Part shown: positions 24,785 through 37,150 of the stretch, piece by piece | Numbering within the stretch: the stretch's first letter is position 1 | Layout of the letters: the number at the start of each line of letters is the position of its first letter | Assembly: GCA_030167865.1 (NCBI GenBank) | Contig: JALAGF010001455.1 | Span: forward strand, 1 to 64,000 | Reading direction: 5' to 3' | DNA from: Craspedostauros australis | Lineage: Eukaryota | DNA: 64,000 nt | Made by a program: the position numbers and the translations under genes | Notes under the pieces: model-generated | Database searches by the model: none | What the model saw: the letters and a program-made list of their open reading frames with translations, nothing else | What the model was told of the DNA's origin: nothing

Positions 24785-27700
24785 ATGACAGAAGCTGCGG
24801 CACCCGAGAAGCGGGCCGTTGGAGGCAGAGGACGCGGCAGAGGACGCGGTCGTAGCAGAGGCGGCCGTGGCCGTGGTGACGCAAAGTCCAAAGACAAGGA
24901 CAACACCAACGCAACCGACGCGTCCAATCGCGATGGCGGTAGAGGAAGGGGCAGAGGCAAGGGCCGCGGGAGAGGCAATTCTCAGGGCAGGGGCCGAGGC
25001 AAGGGAGCCGCCAAGGGCGACGATACGCGCAAACCAAAGGGTAAAGACAATAGCAACAACAACAATAATGACAACCAGGACAAGAACAAGGCAAAGAATG
25101 CCACTGAGAAGCAACAGGGCGATTCCAAATCAAGCAACAAGCAGCCGAAGGCAAACAAGAACAAGAAAGGCAACAACAATAACAACAATAACAACAACAA
25201 CAAGCAGAAAGGGAAGAATCAAGGCAATGGAAACAACAACGGCGATGGCAGCAGCAACAACAACAACCATCCTGCTGCAGCCAACAAGAAGAAGGCGGGC
25301 AAGAACAAGGGCAACAGCAAAGGCAACAGTAAGGGAGGCAAACAACAAAAGAGCGAGAGCGACAAGCTTCGTGACGACGCCAGCAATGCCAAAGGAAAAG
25401 GACCCAAGCCCAACCAACAGAACAACCAAAAGCAAGGCAAAAGAGACGACACCAACGATGCCAACGATACCAACAAAAGCAGCAGCAACAACAACAACAG
25501 CAAGGGCAAGGGAAAGAGAGACAAGACTACCACGACGACAGTGGACGCGCCCAACAAACCGAGCGTCCCACCAAATCAGCCCCAGCAGACCAGCGACAAG
25601 AACTACGGAAAGGGTGAGAACATCACGATTCTGCATGTCGGCGAAAAGCCAAGTATCGCCGAGGCCGTCGCGAAAGGCCTCTGCAGAGGCGACCGGGACT
25701 TTCGAAAGAACATCATGCCGGTCCACGTCTTTACCGACCCGCCATTTCCCAAGGCAACCAGTGCCAAGAGATGCACGCACAAGGTCACGTCGGTTGCCGG
25801 TCACGTATTCAGCGTGGATTTTCCAGATAACTATCAGAGTTGGGATTCGGTGGATCCGGCGGAGCTCTTCCAGGCTCCCGTCAAAAGAAAACCGTGCAAG
25901 GGTTCTGTTGTCAAGCATCTGCAGGATGAAGCCAAAGGCGTGGATTTCATCGTCCTTTGGATGGATTGCGATAGGTGCGTCGTTTTTGCGCCTTTTCGAA
26001 CAGACCGCGAGGATTCAAATCGGTTGCGGCTGATTGAATGTATGGTGTATGTCCACTCCATCATCGTTCTTCTTGCCCAACGCCGTGATGTGATTGTCTC
26101 ACCTTTTCTGCCACTCTCCATCTTGTCACAACTTTTTTTATCCATCCATCCGTCGGTTCTGCAACGTCTAACACATTTCAATGCGACGTGACGTGACATG
26201 ACGCGATGCAACGACGATGTGACATCTTCTTGACCTTCCCCCACGGACTGCGGGTACAGAGAGGGAGAGAATATCAACTTCGAAGTCCTCGATTGCTGCA
26301 TGCATCTCATGAGAGGCGGGGGCGGTGTCGCGCACTACGATCGCGTCTACCGGGCCTACTTCAGTGCCATCAACCCAACCGACATTATGAAGGCATACAA
26401 TTTGCTCGGAAAACCCGATAAAAACCAAGCGATGGCAGTCGATGCTCGGCAAGAGCTCGACCTTAAGGTCGGCGTCGCCTTCTCCAGATTCCAAACGCGG
26501 TACTTCCAAGGCAGGTACGGCGATCTCGACAGCGCGGTGCTCACCTACGGCCCGTGCCAAACACCAACGCTCGGCTTCTGCGTGCAGCGTCACATCGATA
26601 TAGAGACCTTCAAACCGGAACCATGTAAGTGCGATCGTGTGTTCGTCGAGATGATGAGGATGAGGATGCCCGACAGTTCTCTTGTGCCTCGCTGTGAATC
26701 GTGGTGCGCTCAAATTGATTCACATGGCGTGCAGTCAGGTTGTTCCAGTCGTAATGTGTGCGCAAGGATATTTAATGGGTACAATACGTACGTCGCAATC
26801 TCTCTCACACACATACACTCGCGCGTACTCACATGCCCTGCTCCACTATTCCACAACAATTGTTGCCATCGCATGTAATATTGTAGATTGGACGCTGGAG
26901 CTTGGTGTGATGAAGCGAGGCAGAAGGTTGAAAGCATTGTGGGAAGGTGGTCGATCTTTCAACAAGGGCAAGACTGAGAATCTAGTGGCCAAAGCGATGG
27001 AAGAGAAGCCACTGGCAAAGGTGCACAATCTCGTGACGAAGGAGAAGAAGCAAGGCCGGCCGACACCGCTGAACACAGTGGCGCTGCTGAAGGCTTGCAG
27101 TAAGTCTCTGTCCATCGGACCTCATGCAACCATGCAGGCTGCCGAACGGCTGTACCTGAGCGGTTACCTCAGCTACCCAAGAACTGAATCGACGGCCTAC
27201 CCCAATTCATTCGACATCAAGGGCACGCTGCAGCAACAGGCTACGGATGGGAGGTGGGGAACCCATGTGCGCGAGCTCCTTGCCAAGGGACACAGTAAGG
27301 GCAGGGGCGGAGTGGACATGGGAGATCACCCGCCCATCACGCCATGCCGAGCGGCCCATCCTCAAGAACTGTCTGGTGACATGGCCCGAGTGTACGAATT
27401 CGTCGTGCGTCATTTCATTGCGTCCGTGAGCGAGGATGCCGTTTGGGAATCCACACGCATCGACTTCATGATTGAAAGCCTTGGCGACAAGGGCAAGTTC
27501 ACCTTATCCGGCAAACAGGTACGTTGGCTGCATCCTGTCCTGTGGTCGTTGGCGATCATTTTCGCTTCGTGGATTCGGTTTTGGCTGCGCTCTTCCATCA
27601 CTACTGTGCTATCTTGCTACTCGTATGATACATTGTGCCTTGCGTATCGGAAACCCAACCGTGTTTCATTGATTCTTTGCAAGCTTGGAGGAATATGACT

Positions 27701-29211
27701 GTAGATAGTCGTCCATGCCAGCCGCAATACACGTTCTTCGTGTGGACCATACGTAATCTCATCTCTGCACTCGTGCGATGCATGATACTGCTCTATGCCA
27801 ATTGAATAAAATGCCCTCTCTCGGTACGTTCGTCGTCTCGCAGATCGTTTCCAAAGGGTTCCTCCCCGTCTTGCTCCACCGTCACTTCGATGATGACGAC
27901 GATGAAGGGGAGGAGGAGGAGGAACGAACACTCCCCGAATTCACGGTTGGTGAATCGATTCCACTGATAACTTCACAGAAGACCTCAGGAACAGTCTCAG
28001 TTGTCACGGCCTCGCCTGTTTGGGGCTCGCTCGAAATCAAGGAAAAGAGGACCACGCCACCGGGATATCTTACCGAGTCAGAATTGATTGGCAAAATGGA
28101 GAAGCATGGAATCGGCACAGACGCAAGCATTCCGTCGCACATTGAAAATATCATGAAACGCCACTACGTGACGCTGGAATCGGGCCGTCGCTTGCTACCG
28201 ACAAAGCTCGGGCTGGTGCTCGTGCAGGGATATCACCAGATCGACAGCGGACTTGTGCTTCCCAAAGTGCGCTCCGACATCGAGGGGCAATGCAACAAGA
28301 TTGCCAAAGGAGAGATGGACAAGGACACCGTGGTTCGAAAGGCTATCGAGATATTCGAAAACAAGTTCGATTTCTTTGTGAAGAGCATCGACCGCATGGA
28401 CGTGCTCTTCGGATCCTCCTTCTCGAAACTGGAGGATGTTGGCAAGCCATTCACACGCTGCGGACTGTCGAGAAGGTACCTGCAGTACATTCCAGGACCA
28501 CCGTCTCGCCTCTACAACAAATTCACGGAGACAGTGTACCCGCTTCCCGCGGGAGGCATCGTACGAGAATGGAGCGGCCGAAATTGCCCGGTCGAAGGCT
28601 GCAACTTCGAACTGTGCACATATTCCGTCGGTACGCCGGAGCGCACGTTCCCGCTGTGCCCAAACTGCTTCAACAGCGCCGATTGGGCACTGGAGCCAAC
28701 TCCGGAGGACCCGATCGACAAGGAAGACGAGAACAAGGAACGTCAGATCAAGCGCATGGCCGGCAAGTCTCTGATGCTGCACTGCCCATTGCCTGAGAAA
28801 CACCCGCTGATCGATGAGTTGACCGTCAGCCCGGACCCTGACAGTGAGGGCGTTTTCATCCTGGATCCTCACTTTGGCCCCAAGTGGCGCCTGGTTTCCA
28901 CCAGAGAAGCCACGATCGTCTACCTACCCAAGAGCATCGAGAAGATCGTTGTTCTCAACAAGAAGGACGACATCTTGGACTGCCACTTGATGAAGATCTT
29001 CTTCAAAGACGGGATGTCACCGATCGAAGGCGGAGCGGAGACGCATACCTGCTGCTTCGCCAATGACCCGGTGCTGCAAAGCTCCTCACGCTTCTTTCAT
29101 GGATCGGAACGCATGAAGGCCTCTGGAAGAGGTGGCAGAGGGAGAGGCCGTGGCCGAGGTGGAAGAGGCGGGCGTGGAGGCAGAGGCCGCGGCGGCAGGG
29201 GTAGACGTTAA
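24785..29211 (+). CDS. TOP3B: DNA/RNA topoisomerase III beta, 4 exons: 24785-25974, 26260-26624, 26887-27518, 27844-29211
   Basis: TOPRIM motifs LHVGEKPSIA..TSVAGHVF and LWMDCDR|EGENINFEV, then DARQELDLKVGVAFSRFQT, YGPCQTPTLGF, AERLYLSGYLSYPRTEST, GDHPPITP and HGIGTDAS. Cys-rich zinc-ribbon region and C-terminal RGG box. All three introns are GT..AG and in phase. Confidence 0.93.
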
Positions 29212-29877
29212 GAAGTATCATGTGTGAGCAACATACGCATCAATAAGATGGTGTTCTACTGTAGCACGAGAACTCATCTTGGTAGTATGACATGATACGT
29301 GCAGAGGCGCAGAGTCAACTATCTGCCCGTTTGATCTCCGATTGGCAAGAGCGCCGTCATCCAATTCCACGATGGTCTTCCATGCTTTGATGGGAGGAGG
29401 TATCCAGGGCGCTTGTGTTGAAAAGAGAGCAGTAGCAGCCAAGAGGAATATTTATCGAACGACGGCATTCCCACAGCAACCAACGGCATTCAATTCAATC
29501 CATTTCATGAGCAATGCGTTCGTGGATACAAGAGTGGCAGGCGTCGGAAAGGAGAAGAGAACATATGTTATATAACTCTGGAGGTTCTCTAGTTATTTTC
29601 TTGATCAGAACTACGAGTAAGAGTGCTAGTATGAGACTGTACGCACGACGTGACTCGGCGTCATGGCTCTGCATCCTCTCAGCTGTGTGTGAGCTCCAGT
29701 CATTCTGTGTTTGGTTGGGATGGGCGAAACCAACCGCCTGATTCTCTTCTTTCGACGTTATTTCTGGCGATCCCCAAATCATTAGAAATCATGGGGAGAG
29801 TGTAGATGTATCAAATACCATTGCGTTGCACGGAAGGCCGCGAAGCCATCAACCAAGCCTCATGTTCTCTGCGCGAG

Positions 29878-31383
29878 TCAGCCAAGGTCATGGCGCATTT
29901 GGATTCGTTCTATTTCTTCCAGGTCCTTCTGCGCCTTCGACAGATGATGCAAGCAGCATCCGAAATAGTGTCGGGCCCAAGCGATTCGCCGAGGTCTGTC
30001 GAGTTCCCACGCAAACTGAATCAACTGGCTTGGATGATGCAGAACATGGTACATCACGCTTGGATGGCACGAACCGCCCGAGGGAATCATGGTGGCCAAA
30101 AGGCGACTACACGCGGATTGGTAGATTTCATCGTGAGGACCGGATTGGGATGCCAGAATCATATCGCCGCAAAGCGTATTCATGGAAGAATTCAGCCGGT
30201 GACGCCGAATGATGGGCGTGACGTGTGTCTTCCAAATCGTTTTGTGAATCGCTTTGCTGTGCACCTGGAGAGTGTGGATATTTGGTGTCTGTGCAAGTAA
30301 TTCTGCTATCGCCTCTGTTCTTTGTGTGTCGGTGGGATACGGGCACTCTCGATCGCACAGGTACATCTGGAAGTTGATGGATTTGGCCGTTGGGGATTCG
30401 AGGAGCAGGCACAGGTGCCACATCCAGTGTTTTCCGCTCACCCATCCCTCCACTGAGATGTTCTGAAGGTTGCCTCGATACTTGCTGATGGACTGCAAAA
30501 AGAGGTGCCACTTAACGGGCGGCAGCGTGACCGGTTGCTCGATGCAAATATCCGTGAGTGGACACGCTCGCTGTTCGTGAAACATCTTGGTCAACAGAAG
30601 TACCAGGTCATCGTAAAGGGCTTCATCTCCAGCTCGGAGCTTCGTCATGGTTGCCCCAGGTACCGTGAGTGCAGTCACGAGATCATCGAAGTCGAAGGGT
30701 GCACGGTCGCCCATCGGCAGATCGAGCGCCTGCGCATGTTGGACGATCCAGTTGATTTGCTTGGTATTGATGCGACGCCCGTAACATGTAAAAGCCACGG
30801 AGAATGGGGCAGAATGCTCGAAAGCATCTGAAATATTCATCATGAGTTCCAACGCGATGGGGTTGTGGATGACGATCGTGCCCAAAGAGGGCACTGTCCT
30901 GGAGCTCTTCAGCATGAACTTGAGGAAGTTTTGAATGTGTTTGAGGTTGTCAGCATCTGGGTCCATCGGGATATCAATTGCCAATGAGTCTGCGTCTGTT
31001 GAGTGGATTGACATGAGTGATTTCGATTCGGCGATGTCTCCAGGTTTGGATATGAACAACGATGAGTTTAGAAATACGTTCTTCAGCTTTTTCATCATTT
31101 CCAAGAACTCATCCCAGCTGTAACGTTCATTCTCGACAAGATCATCCCAGATGGTCTCATCGTCAATATCAAGCAGCCATGGTCGAAGAAGGTGTAGATG
31201 CTTCCACAAGTATGAGTCCCCTTGGGTCAGGATCCTTGGATTTTTCTTGTGCCATCGCAGCACGTCCAGTGCTTCATCGATTAACGGTTTGGGGTATGCA
31301 ATACTGGTACCATTCAAATGATTTTGTCCGTGGCCATGTCCATGTCCATGCCCATGTCCAAATTCAAAGTCACCTCCAAACAT
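29878..31383 (-). CDS. Uncharacterised protein, paralogue A of a tandem pair (501 aa)
   Basis: Long ATG-initiated ORF, colinear in amino-acid sequence with 32802-34349. No family recognised. Confidence 0.7.
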   Translation of the reverse strand: MFGGDFEFGHGHGHGHGHGQNHLNGTSIAYPKPLIDEALDVLRWHKKNPRILTQGDSYLWKHLHLLRPWLLDIDDETIWDDLVENERYSWDEFLEMMKKLKNVFLNSSLFISKPGDIAESKSLMSIHSTDADSLAIDIPMDPDADNLKHIQNFLKFMLKSSRTVPSLGTIVIHNPIALELMMNISDAFEHSAPFSVAFTCYGRRINTKQINWIVQHAQALDLPMGDRAPFDFDDLVTALTVPGATMTKLRAGDEALYDDLVLLLTKMFHEQRACPLTDICIEQPVTLPPVKWHLFLQSISKYRGNLQNISVEGWVSGKHWMWHLCLLLESPTAKSINFQMYLCDRECPYPTDTQRTEAIAELLAQTPNIHTLQVHSKAIHKTIWKTHVTPIIRRHRLNSSMNTLCGDMILASQSGPHDEIYQSACSRLLATMIPSGGSCHPSVMYHVLHHPSQLIQFAWELDRPRRIAWARHYFGCCLHHLSKAQKDLEEIERIQMRHDLG

Positions 31384-32801
31384 GATTGCAAGCGCGAGTC
31401 TCGGGGGAAGGGGTGTATGTGAAAACGAAGTCGAGGATGCAAAGTTGAAAGATTGGGCGACGTGATTTCCGTTTTATGACCACATCTCGTCGACAGGCCT
31501 CCCAACACGCTCACGGAATGAGTGGCCCACGCAGTTGCATCGATGTACTCTACGTGTGTGCAGTCGTTGTCTCCTGGAGTCGAATAGGGTAGTGCACAGT
31601 GTACTCCTCTGCGCGGATGTGTGCACCTGACTGTGCTGCATTCCAATGATCCATGAACACGCTCACTCGTGATGAACTCGTAAACATGCTACGAGTACAT
31701 CCGGTGATCAGTTCATCCACTTCAACGAAACAAACAGGCTGCCATCGAAGTACGAGAAAACACGCTGCTGCTCTCGGAACTGTGGTGAACAACAAATGGA
31801 GTCGTTATCGCCGGTTTTGCCAAGGCGTTGTGGCGACGCGTGGCATCATCGTGGTCTTGAGGAAGTGCCATACACGAGTGCCGCGTGTATGCAACACGAC
31901 TTCGGGGCTGGGAGGATGGACTTCATCTGTTCATCGCGGATTTCCACGTTGCGCCTCCGCATTGCCTGGAAGGTCCACGGCAATGAGCTGAGTTTGTCCA
32001 CGGTGTTTTCATGTTGTTTTGTGCTGTCCATGTTGGTCACCGCGAATCTCACTCACCGGAAGATACAGAGTTGATGTAGAAGAATGAGGACGGCGTGGAA
32101 AGGGAGTATTTTTGCAAATAGCAACACGGTGCTCTCCGAGCGTGGTCGGAATGGCTTCGAGATATGTTGGCAGAGAAAGATTCATTCATACGAGACGCGC
32201 ACACGGAGAGGCAGAGTGATATTTTCAGTGGCAGACTTGTACGGCATAAAATGCAAGAATAGAGTCGCTCACCAAATCGTAAAGTCTTGTCACCGTGGTC
32301 GCGCGCTTCATGGTGTGAGAGTATGTATGAATGTGTCAGAAGAGAATGGAGCGAGGTCGGCGAGGAGAGGTATCGTTGTCTGCGATGATCTTTGTCTGGA
32401 GAGAGAGAGAGAGAGAGAGTGTGTGGGTGGCTGTTTGTGCCGAATCTGTTCCGATCTGGCCTGTTCTCGTATGTGCATGCGCACGTGCGTGCGACCAAAT
32501 TGTTCGGGAGAGTTTGTTTGTCGACAAACACCTGCCACACCCTTCGCATCGCAGACTGACAAACGGACAGGGTTCTGTTTTCTCGTTGTGGGATGACCGT
32601 TCCCTTGTTGCGAGACAAATGAGGACGAGAACAACGTCCCTGATACCACAATCCGCGACTACTCGTAGTTGTCGCCTACTAATTCGCTGCAAGCATTCAA
32701 CGTGCCGCTTTCGACTCCAAGGTCAGTGTGACATGAATGTATTGTATGCAAGATGTGCAAGAATGAAATCATGTGTTTGCCTCTGGGGCATGCGTCACAT
32801 C

Positions 32802-34349
32802 CTATGGAGCAACGTGCCTGGCTTTCTTCGCGACCTCAGAACGACCGCGGTCCCACATCTGCTTGATCCACAAGAAATTCTCACCAGTCAGCAAGTACAT
32901 GAGATCTGCGCTGCGTCGGACATCCTTGTGAGTCAGCAGCCACCCGATTTCAAAGTGCGAGAGCTCGTCCAAGTCCGGGCCGTCTTCCATTGGACGTTTG
33001 ATGTTGTCTCTGTCATGGATGCGCTTGGAGGCTACGCTGTCATCGGAGCTCACGATTGTTCCTGAGTGAGCTGTTTTGAGTTTTTGAACCATCGCGCCGC
33101 GCTTCTGCAACATGTGCTTGTCCAGACGGTGTGAGATCAGAGCTGGTCTGATCAGATCTTCACGCTGCTGTTCTGACAGGTCATCGCTGTGCAGGCGGAG
33201 CTTTTCAAGATGAGGGCATCTCCACAGGTGTTCCTTGACTTCGTTTCTAAACCGTGCTTTTTCTTCGCAGCTCGTGCCGTCTGGGATCGGGACTTCGTAT
33301 TCGATCTCTCTAAGTGACGTGTTGCTCATGAGAAGCTTCAAATCATCTATCCACTTGATCGTGGAGACCTTGCCTGCGACGCGGACATGGTTCAAGTTTC
33401 CATGGTGGTTTGAGATCGCGTGAATGAAGCTTTCCCAGCTATCCACCGTCAAATACCCAGCTTTCTCCAAGCAGAAGCTCTTCAGTGAACACACAAGCTG
33501 TTTTCCAAATGCCAAGGCAGCCGAATGGATGGTGTCGGATATGTTGAGGATGTCACATCTGATTGTCAGTTCTGTCACTCTGGACGTCGCCTTTGCCATT
33601 TCTTGGAAGAGCCGCTCCGTCGAGAAGGTGTATCGCTGGACCAACCCCAGCAACAGGCTCTCCGTATGCCTGACGAGCCAATGGACGTGGTCGGTGCCAA
33701 TCATCAGCGATCGCTTCCCGAAGGACAGCTCCTGCGGAGTGACACGTGCGAGCATGTACGGTTCCGTCACGATGAGATCCAGCGTTTTCTTGTTGTAGAC
33801 GGTCACTCGCACAGGGTCGGCATCATGCTCCAAGCACTTGAACATGAATCGGAGGAAGCCTTGGATCATAACTTTCGTGGCGACATCAACATCTCTTTGT
33901 GCGAAGAAGAAGAGCTGGTACGACTTGTCGATTGGGGTGGAGAAGAGCATGTCCATGCGATTCGTGTATCCGGTGACGCCCATCGTGACGAAGATCGAGG
34001 AGTTGATGCACACCATGTTGTGCCTCGCCACGAACGCCGTGAACTCGCTCCACTTGTAGTGGAAGGTATCCACCAGCGCATCCCAGTGCCGGCCGTCGGA
34101 GATGTGGATGCTCCATGCCTTTGGTTTGTGAACCTCGAACGGCACGATTGATTCGGTGTCGTCGATGAGAGCAGGGATACCTTCGGTGATGAGATCGGGG
34201 TCGTAGAAGCAGTCTCGGAGGAGACAAAGGGCACAAATCAGGCTTGTCAGTTCCTGGGCGGTGATGTTATGCAGGGTCCATGCGTCGGCACGCCCTCCTG
34301 CAGATGGGTCCACGAATGGGTTCACGGATGGGTTCACGGATGAAGTCAT
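32802..34349 (-). CDS. Uncharacterised protein, paralogue B of a tandem pair (515 aa)
   Basis: Long ATG-initiated ORF, colinear in amino-acid sequence with 29878-31383. No family recognised. Confidence 0.7.
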   Translation of the reverse strand: MTSSVNPSVNPFVDPSAGGRADAWTLHNITAQELTSLICALCLLRDCFYDPDLITEGIPALIDDTESIVPFEVHKPKAWSIHISDGRHWDALVDTFHYKWSEFTAFVARHNMVCINSSIFVTMGVTGYTNRMDMLFSTPIDKSYQLFFFAQRDVDVATKVMIQGFLRFMFKCLEHDADPVRVTVYNKKTLDLIVTEPYMLARVTPQELSFGKRSLMIGTDHVHWLVRHTESLLLGLVQRYTFSTERLFQEMAKATSRVTELTIRCDILNISDTIHSAALAFGKQLVCSLKSFCLEKAGYLTVDSWESFIHAISNHHGNLNHVRVAGKVSTIKWIDDLKLLMSNTSLREIEYEVPIPDGTSCEEKARFRNEVKEHLWRCPHLEKLRLHSDDLSEQQREDLIRPALISHRLDKHMLQKRGAMVQKLKTAHSGTIVSSDDSVASKRIHDRDNIKRPMEDGPDLDELSHFEIGWLLTHKDVRRSADLMYLLTGENFLWIKQMWDRGRSEVAKKARHVAP

Positions 34350-35347
34350 GATGTTGCCAGAAGGGATCTCGTCGCATTCTCGGGATTATTGCACGGTTAT
34401 ATCTTGCAGATGCAACGCATTAGAGGATGAGTGTTGAAGCAGAGCGCATTCTGAGCATGGTGGACACCAGATGCTTCGTCGCGGGTATCGGTCCCCACTT
34501 CATTCGATGCTGTGTAAGGCAGCTTGTTGCCATTCTCGCCATGTTGCGATGTGCAAACCGATGGAGGTTGCGCTCATGTGAGCCTCACAAATCGTAATCG
34601 TCGCAAAGTGTTGTGCGGCTCGTCACGTTCCTCCAACGGTTGCCACCCACGAATTCGCTCCCAAGTTCTGACGTCTTGGCTTCTCTTTTGCGACGAACAG
34701 CGATTGGAAGTGTTGCCACCGGACACAGATGCACTCTTCTCGACGTCTGATCTATGTCGCATCATATGTCACCAATTCTGCAAACACGGCAGATGTGTTT
34801 CAGACGCGGAACAGGTTGCGTGTTTGCGGGGCTTCGTCTTCGCACAGCTGCGCGTTGGGACATCTCATTCAAACGATGAGATCGTATTAGTCGATCTGTC
34901 CAATCTGTGTGAATCTGGAACACACTATAATGATCACTAGTGTGTGGAGTGTAGAGTGTTTATCGAGTCGTGGTGGGGTTCACGAACAACAAGGAAGTTT
35001 GGGTCGTGGAGATTGGACACAAGACTGCCATGTCTGCGTGAAGATGACTTGTGATGAAGGCTCTCCCTGTTCGTGGAACGGTTTGAGATGCGATGTCAAA
35101 GGTGTTGATGGCATGCGGATGGTCACTCAGCCCAGCCTCCTCCCTATCTCTATCTCCACCCCTCTATCTATCAATGTGATGGGTCTCGGTGTGGTCTGCA
35201 GAATGCAAGGAAGGAAAGCAAACGATCATCGTCATAAAATCAACAAAGCGAGACGACAAGAAAGCAGACCAAAGCAAACCAAGGCGAAGAAGAAGAAGAA
35301 CAAGACGACGACATACTACTGCTCCGTCCACCAGTACAACAGCCAGG

Positions 35348-36721
35348 ATGGATCCCGGAGACGCCGCACTCTCGCCGCAAGAGGAGGTGCACGATCGCAG
35401 AGGCGATCCTCTTCTGCCGGAGTATTCACAGGTGGATTCCAATGGTGGTAGCAACAGCAATGGCGACGCTCCCAATGAGTGCATCGAAGAAGATGTGAAA
35501 GTGTGCAGGATCTGTCTGGAGGAAGACCAGCCAGAGGAGATGATCGCACCGTGCAAGTGCAAGGGAGGTTCCAAGTGGGTGCATCGGTCGTGCTTGGATC
35601 TTTGGAGGACGAACCAGAGGGACCGCGCCTTCTCGCAGTGCACGGAATGCCTGTTCCAGTACCACCTCCAGCCGCCACAGTCCGTCCTGCCCAGCCGACG
35701 TCGCAAGGTCAAGTTCTGCTGGCTCGTGTCGCGGGATCTCTGCGGCGTCACGCTGTGTCTGCAGGCCGTCATCGTGGCGCTGGGCGCATGCGTCTACCTC
35801 ATGGATCCTCAACAAGAGATTGCCGCAGCGTTGTGCGCAACACCGGAATGCCTCCACGGCAACTGGCACAGCAAGGGCATCTACTACCTGTGCGGATTCC
35901 TCCTTTTCCTCGTGATGCTGGGCATCGCTGGATGCGTCGTGCTGTGCAGCAACAAGTGTTCCATCCAAAACTCGATCCCCGCAAGCCTGCAGGAATCGCG
36001 ATCGGTGGCACAAGGTGATGCGCCCACGCCGATGAGATCCGCTGCTCCATCCGAATCGGAACGGCTGTTGTACAGGCGGCATCGACAGCGCAACGCATCT
36101 AGAGACGGTTGCTGCGCATGTTGCCACGACAGCGGCATGGTGTCGTCTCGGCCAAGGTACGGTGGACATCGTACCACCGTCTCCGACGATCTTGCCTGTT
36201 ACTACTGCTGCGAAGGCTGCTGTCGCGGGTGTGCCGGTTGCGGAGACGTATGCGACGGCTGCCAGTGTTGCGATGGCTGCAACACCGGTGGCGGAGGAAG
36301 TGGCAGCAACGACTGCGATGGCATGCAGGTGTTCATCATCTTTCTGGTGATCGTCGCGATTGTCATGGCGATCGTCGGGTTCGTCGTCGGCATCGTCATC
36401 GCCGTGCTTCTGTTCCAACGCACCGTTCAGAATCACCTCCATCTGGTGCAAAAGCGGGAGCTCGTGAAAGAGTTCACCGTCATGGATCTGTCCGCCTACG
36501 ACATGGACGGCCCGTTGCCCAACGCACCGCCATGTGAGATTCCACCGCCGGATGAGGATATCGAGCTGCAGACCGGGCAATTCGAAGATGGTCTCAAGAA
36601 GGCAACGAAGATGCATCCCGAAACATCTTCCGCGCAAGCATCTTCGCACCCGCCTCCGTCCGCTCCAGTTCTGCAAGAAGACGATGAGCTGTACTTGCAA
36701 AAGATGGGGTTGTTGGATTGA
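35348..36721 (+). CDS. RING-CH (RINGv) membrane E3 ubiquitin ligase, MARCH-like
   Basis: CRICLEE..MIAPCKCKGGSKWVHRSCLDLWR..CTEC, about three hydrophobic segments and a Cys-rich loop. First ATG at 35348. Confidence 0.85.
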   Translation: MDPGDAALSPQEEVHDRRGDPLLPEYSQVDSNGGSNSNGDAPNECIEEDVKVCRICLEEDQPEEMIAPCKCKGGSKWVHRSCLDLWRTNQRDRAFSQCTECLFQYHLQPPQSVLPSRRRKVKFCWLVSRDLCGVTLCLQAVIVALGACVYLMDPQQEIAAALCATPECLHGNWHSKGIYYLCGFLLFLVMLGIAGCVVLCSNKCSIQNSIPASLQESRSVAQGDAPTPMRSAAPSESERLLYRRHRQRNASRDGCCACCHDSGMVSSRPRYGGHRTTVSDDLACYYCCEGCCRGCAGCGDVCDGCQCCDGCNTGGGGSGSNDCDGMQVFIIFLVIVAIVMAIVGFVVGIVIAVLLFQRTVQNHLHLVQKRELVKEFTVMDLSAYDMDGPLPNAPPCEIPPPDEDIELQTGQFEDGLKKATKMHPETSSAQASSHPPPSAPVLQEDDELYLQKMGLLD

Positions 36722-37106
36722 GGCGCGCGCGTGTTGTGTGCGTCTATGTGAGTTGTGTAGAGTGGTGTGAAAAATGGTGGTGTACATATAATAGTACATT
36801 GCTGAATTCTGCTGTTGCCATACCACACATACTCGTAGAATAGAATATATCAAAGGTAGAGATGGAAATAGGGTTATAGTACCATCCGAGTATGGATCGA
36901 CTACTGGAACCGTGCGCATAGTAATGTATGCCTTTTCGATAAGCCGTGTTGGAGTCGCGCGCAAACACAATCGTCTAGCGAAGTATCATGCTCGTATGAT
37001 AGAGAGATAATGAACGTTGGGAAGTGTACTACTAATAGCTTGACTCCTACTCGCAAATAGTGCTCGTCCGCGAGCTGCTGACGTTTGGATCGAAGAGAAC
37101 TCTTGG

Positions 37107-37150
37107 ACACGCAACACCCAACACGCAACACCCAACACGCAACACCCAAC
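37107..37150. repeat. 14-bp tandem repeat ACACGCAACACCCA, 3 copies
   Basis: Directly visible, about 280 bp upstream of the bromodomain gene. Confidence 0.9.

Noticed and set aside
24819-26033. 404-aa alternative-frame ORF overlapping TOP3B exon 1
   Set aside because: A by-product of stop-poor (AAC/CAA)n low-complexity sequence; the TOPRIM motifs are in the 24785 frame.
31384-35347. Possible transposon or viral insertion around the paralogue pair
   Set aside because: I saw no terminal repeats, target-site duplications or transposase/RT/integrase motifs, and the short ORFs in the spacers show no coding signal.
37107-37150. Short tandem repeats here and at 8345-8375 and 13597-13644 as CRISPR-like or telomeric arrays
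   Set aside because: There are no spacers, few copies and no cas genes, and the context is eukaryotic; these are ordinary mini/microsatellites.
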